Shown piece by piece: positions 61,672-64,000 of a DNA stretch of 64,000 nt. The position numbers were made by a program, and so were the translations under genes. The notes beneath the pieces are model-generated. The model did not search any database. It saw nothing but the letters and a program-made list of their open reading frames with translations, and was not told where the DNA came from. Each line of letters starts with the position of its first letter. Positions within the stretch are counted from its first letter, which is position 1. The stretch covers positions 1,600,001-1,664,000 of the forward strand of contig OZ271854.1 in assembly GCA_965601925.1 (NCBI GenBank), read 5' to 3'. This stretch comes from Alkalispirochaeta sp. (GTDB lineage: Bacteria > Spirochaetota > Spirochaetia > DSM-27196 > Alkalispirochaetaceae).

Positions 61672-62822
61672 TACCTCGTTTTAAGCCGCGCATCGGAAAA
61701 GAGGAGCTCGCGTCACTATTCCGGCGAAATACGGGAGCGGTGACACGGTTCGAAGAGGCGTTTGCCGACAAGTTCAACGCGGCAAATGCCGTGGTGTTTC
61801 CGTATGGCCGTAGTGCTCTGTGGGCGTTTCTGCAAGCGGTTGGGATGCGGAACGCAGAGGTTATCATGCCGGCGTATACGTGCTCAGTCGTCGCGCATGC
61901 GATTACCCTTTCGGGAAACCGTCCCGTGTTTGTCGACATACAGCTGTCCGACTACAACATGGACCTCGCTCGTCTCGAAGCGGCAATGACGGAGAATACT
62001 CGAGCGGTTGTGGCTACGCACTTGTTCGGATACCCTCAAGATATAGATAAAATTGAAAAAATTGTGCACGACGCCGAATCGCGGTATGGACACAAAATCT
62101 GGTTGATTCAGGACTGCGCGCATTCCTTTGGCGCGACATGGAACGGTCGTCTCGTTGGTGAGTCCGGAGACACTGCGCTGTATGCGCTCAACATCAGTAA
62201 GATGATCACCTCGATTTTCGGCGGCGTGCTGACATTTCAAGATCCTACACTCGCTCAACGCGTTCGCGATTGGAGGGATGCTCACTTTAAGAGGCCCGGT
62301 CTTTTTAAGTCTCTTATGCGACGTCTCTATCTAATCGCCGTCTATGTCGCTTTCAATGAAACGATCTATGGTTTTACGTGGTGGCTCCAGGAAAAGACGC
62401 CCTTCCTGAACAAACTCACCAAGGCGTACCATCTGGACAACGAGATCCACTTTCCTCCCGATCACCTGGATCATATGATGAACGTCGAGGCTGCGGTCGG
62501 GTTGGTACAACTGACAAAGTACGATGGTATCGTTGCGACGCGCCGGTCGGTTGCTGAGTGGTATGACAAAAACCTTCCGCGCAAACCCGGGTGGATCTTT
62601 CCTCCCTTAGTTGAGGGAGCGACGTATTCACACTACGTCGTTCGTGTGCCGAGTCGAGAGATGGTCGTTAACGAGTATGCACGCAAAGGCGTACATCTGG
62701 GCGAGCTCATTCAGTACAGTGTTCCGTCATTGCCGGAGTACGGTGAAAAATCCAGCGCTTGGCCTAAGGCGGAGGTTTCTAGTACGTCTACGGTCAATTT
62801 CCCTCTATGTACTAACGGGTGA
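61668..62822 (+). CDS. DegT/DnrJ/EryC1/StrS family aminotransferase
   Basis: GRSAL, PAYTC, THLFG, QDCAHS, NISK PLP lysine. Confidence 0.85.
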   Translation: MIPRFKPRIGKEELASLFRRNTGAVTRFEEAFADKFNAANAVVFPYGRSALWAFLQAVGMRNAEVIMPAYTCSVVAHAITLSGNRPVFVDIQLSDYNMDLARLEAAMTENTRAVVATHLFGYPQDIDKIEKIVHDAESRYGHKIWLIQDCAHSFGATWNGRLVGESGDTALYALNISKMITSIFGGVLTFQDPTLAQRVRDWRDAHFKRPGLFKSLMRRLYLIAVYVAFNETIYGFTWWLQEKTPFLNKLTKAYHLDNEIHFPPDHLDHMMNVEAAVGLVQLTKYDGIVATRRSVAEWYDKNLPRKPGWIFPPLVEGATYSHYVVRVPSREMVVNEYARKGVHLGELIQYSVPSLPEYGEKSSAWPKAEVSSTSTVNFPLCTNG

Positions 62823-62832
62823 AACAACGACT

Positions 62833-63456
62833 ATGACAGCCGGCGCGCGTGAAGTATCCTCCCAAGTTGTTTTTCGCGAGATTTCCAAGACTCAAATACC
62901 CGAAGTTGTCGATATTCATATGAACTCCTTACGTGGAGACATTCTTCCCTCGCTCGGTCGCGATTTTCTTCTTCATTACTATGATTCTACCTGTTCTACC
63001 AGCTATAGCCGCGTGTACGGTGGATTCATAGGAAATCGACTCGTTGGTTTTTGTCAGATCGTGGTGGGAGATGTTCCGATTGCACGTATTTTGTTTCGTC
63101 GGCCACGCGTTTTCTTTTCGGTCTTGAAGTCCATCATACTGAACCCCATGATTTTTTTTGTTGGCCTGAACGAATCGATCGTTCAGAAACGACCGTCGAT
63201 TCCTCCTTCCCCGGAGATAGCATTCATTGCAATCCGCGAGGGGTATCAAAAGTTCGGTATCGGAACTCAGTTAGTAACATACATGAACACTCTTCTGCGG
63301 ACGTTGGGGTACTCTGTTGTTGTAACAAAAACTGCAAACCCTCATGCGAAGCGGATGTACGAAAAGAGATTCGGAGCCCGTACGGTGTCTATGCGGCGCG
63401 TGTTTAATCGAAGCTACTGGCAGTTATCGTGGAAAACTGACAATAGTTCATTTTAG
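62833..63456 (+). CDS. GNAT family N-acetyltransferase
   Basis: LGRDFL, IAFIAIREGYQKFGIGTQL, A.RMYE motifs. Confidence 0.75.
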   Translation: MTAGAREVSSQVVFREISKTQIPEVVDIHMNSLRGDILPSLGRDFLLHYYDSTCSTSYSRVYGGFIGNRLVGFCQIVVGDVPIARILFRRPRVFFSVLKSIILNPMIFFVGLNESIVQKRPSIPPSPEIAFIAIREGYQKFGIGTQLVTYMNTLLRTLGYSVVVTKTANPHAKRMYEKRFGARTVSMRRVFNRSYWQLSWKTDNSSF

Positions 63457-63485
63457 ATATTGATACTTGTTTTGAAGAGTGGGAT

Positions 63486-64000
63486 GTGAGTCGATTAAGA
63501 CAACTCGGCAAAGACTCGCTGATTTACGGATTCGGTGGGGCGGTAGGAAAAGGTATCTCTTTTTTTCTTCTGCCGATCTATACACGTATTTTCACGCCCG
63601 CCGACTACGGCATGATCGAAATGATGTCGGTCATCGTGAGCTTGCTTACTGCAATCCTCACAATGGGTATGGACTCCGCTCAAAGTTTCTTTTTCTTCGA
63701 ACAGCGAGAGGAAGGTAAGCAGGCACAGAAACAGGTCGTCACCGCGATCCTACAATGGCGTTTGACATGGGGATTGGGTATCGTCGCAATAACCGGCGCA
63801 GCCGCTCCGCTCATAAACACTTGGTTCTTCGGCGGACAGCTTCCATGGATGCATTTTGGCGTTTCATTCGCCGGCGCGTTGTTTGCAACGGTGATGACAC
63901 AGAGCGTCGAGATCTTTCGTCTCCTGTACAAACCCTGGTCCTATATCGGAATCATAGTATCTCGAACCGTCTTGGCGGCCGGTCTGACGCTCTTTTTTGT
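63486..64000 (+). CDS. Polysaccharide flippase (Wzx), partial
   Basis: GTG start gives MSRLRQLGKDSLIYG...FFLLPIYTRIFTPADYG; hydrophobic and open to the window end (absent from the supplied ORF track). Confidence 0.88.
   Translation, partial: MSRLRQLGKDSLIYGFGGAVGKGISFFLLPIYTRIFTPADYGMIEMMSVIVSLLTAILTMGMDSAQSFFFFEQREEGKQAQKQVVTAILQWRLTWGLGIVAITGAAAPLINTWFFGGQLPWMHFGVSFAGALFATVMTQSVEIFRLLYKPWSYIGIIVSRTVLAAGLTLFF

Overview
A 64-kb chromosomal segment of a GC-rich bacterium, most likely a free-living spirochaete (Spirochaetaceae-like). The taxonomic signs are the GyrB PLWGK motif, the GyrA GDQSIYD motif, tRNA-Arg(GCG) and 'FAGGQ/FAGGS'-type binding-protein leaders. The segment is probably origin-proximal: it holds gyrBA, two parS palindromes, parAB and ffs-dnaX-ebfC-recR, but no dnaA. 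From left to right it contains a flavin disulfide reductase; a lactate/2-hydroxyacid operon (lctP-etfB-etfA-LDH-larA-second LDH-TetR); ada/alkA-ogt; a GH3 + AraC pair; gyrBA-yigZ; adenosine deaminase; an amino-acid ABC transporter; parAB; MPG, HDAC and thioesterase genes; and a cluster of all four tRNA-Ser genes plus tRNA-Arg. That cluster is interrupted by a 179-bp tRNA-linked repeat and two tandem Bor/TRL-like lipoproteins. Further on come SRP RNA, dnaX-ebfC-recR, a STAS / STAS-kinase / CBS-PP2C partner-switching module, PilZ and RRM genes, and a ROK-ABC-GH20-NamZ amino-sugar/peptidoglycan scavenging operon. The window ends in a lower-GC surface polysaccharide cluster (2,3-diacetamido-uronic acid pathway, amidotransferase, frameshifted deacetylase, flippase). 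The most unusual items are the structured tRNA-linked repeat, two homopolymer frameshifts, an apparent ATA start codon, and several candidate operators. Product calls rest on motif recognition only; no database searches were run.
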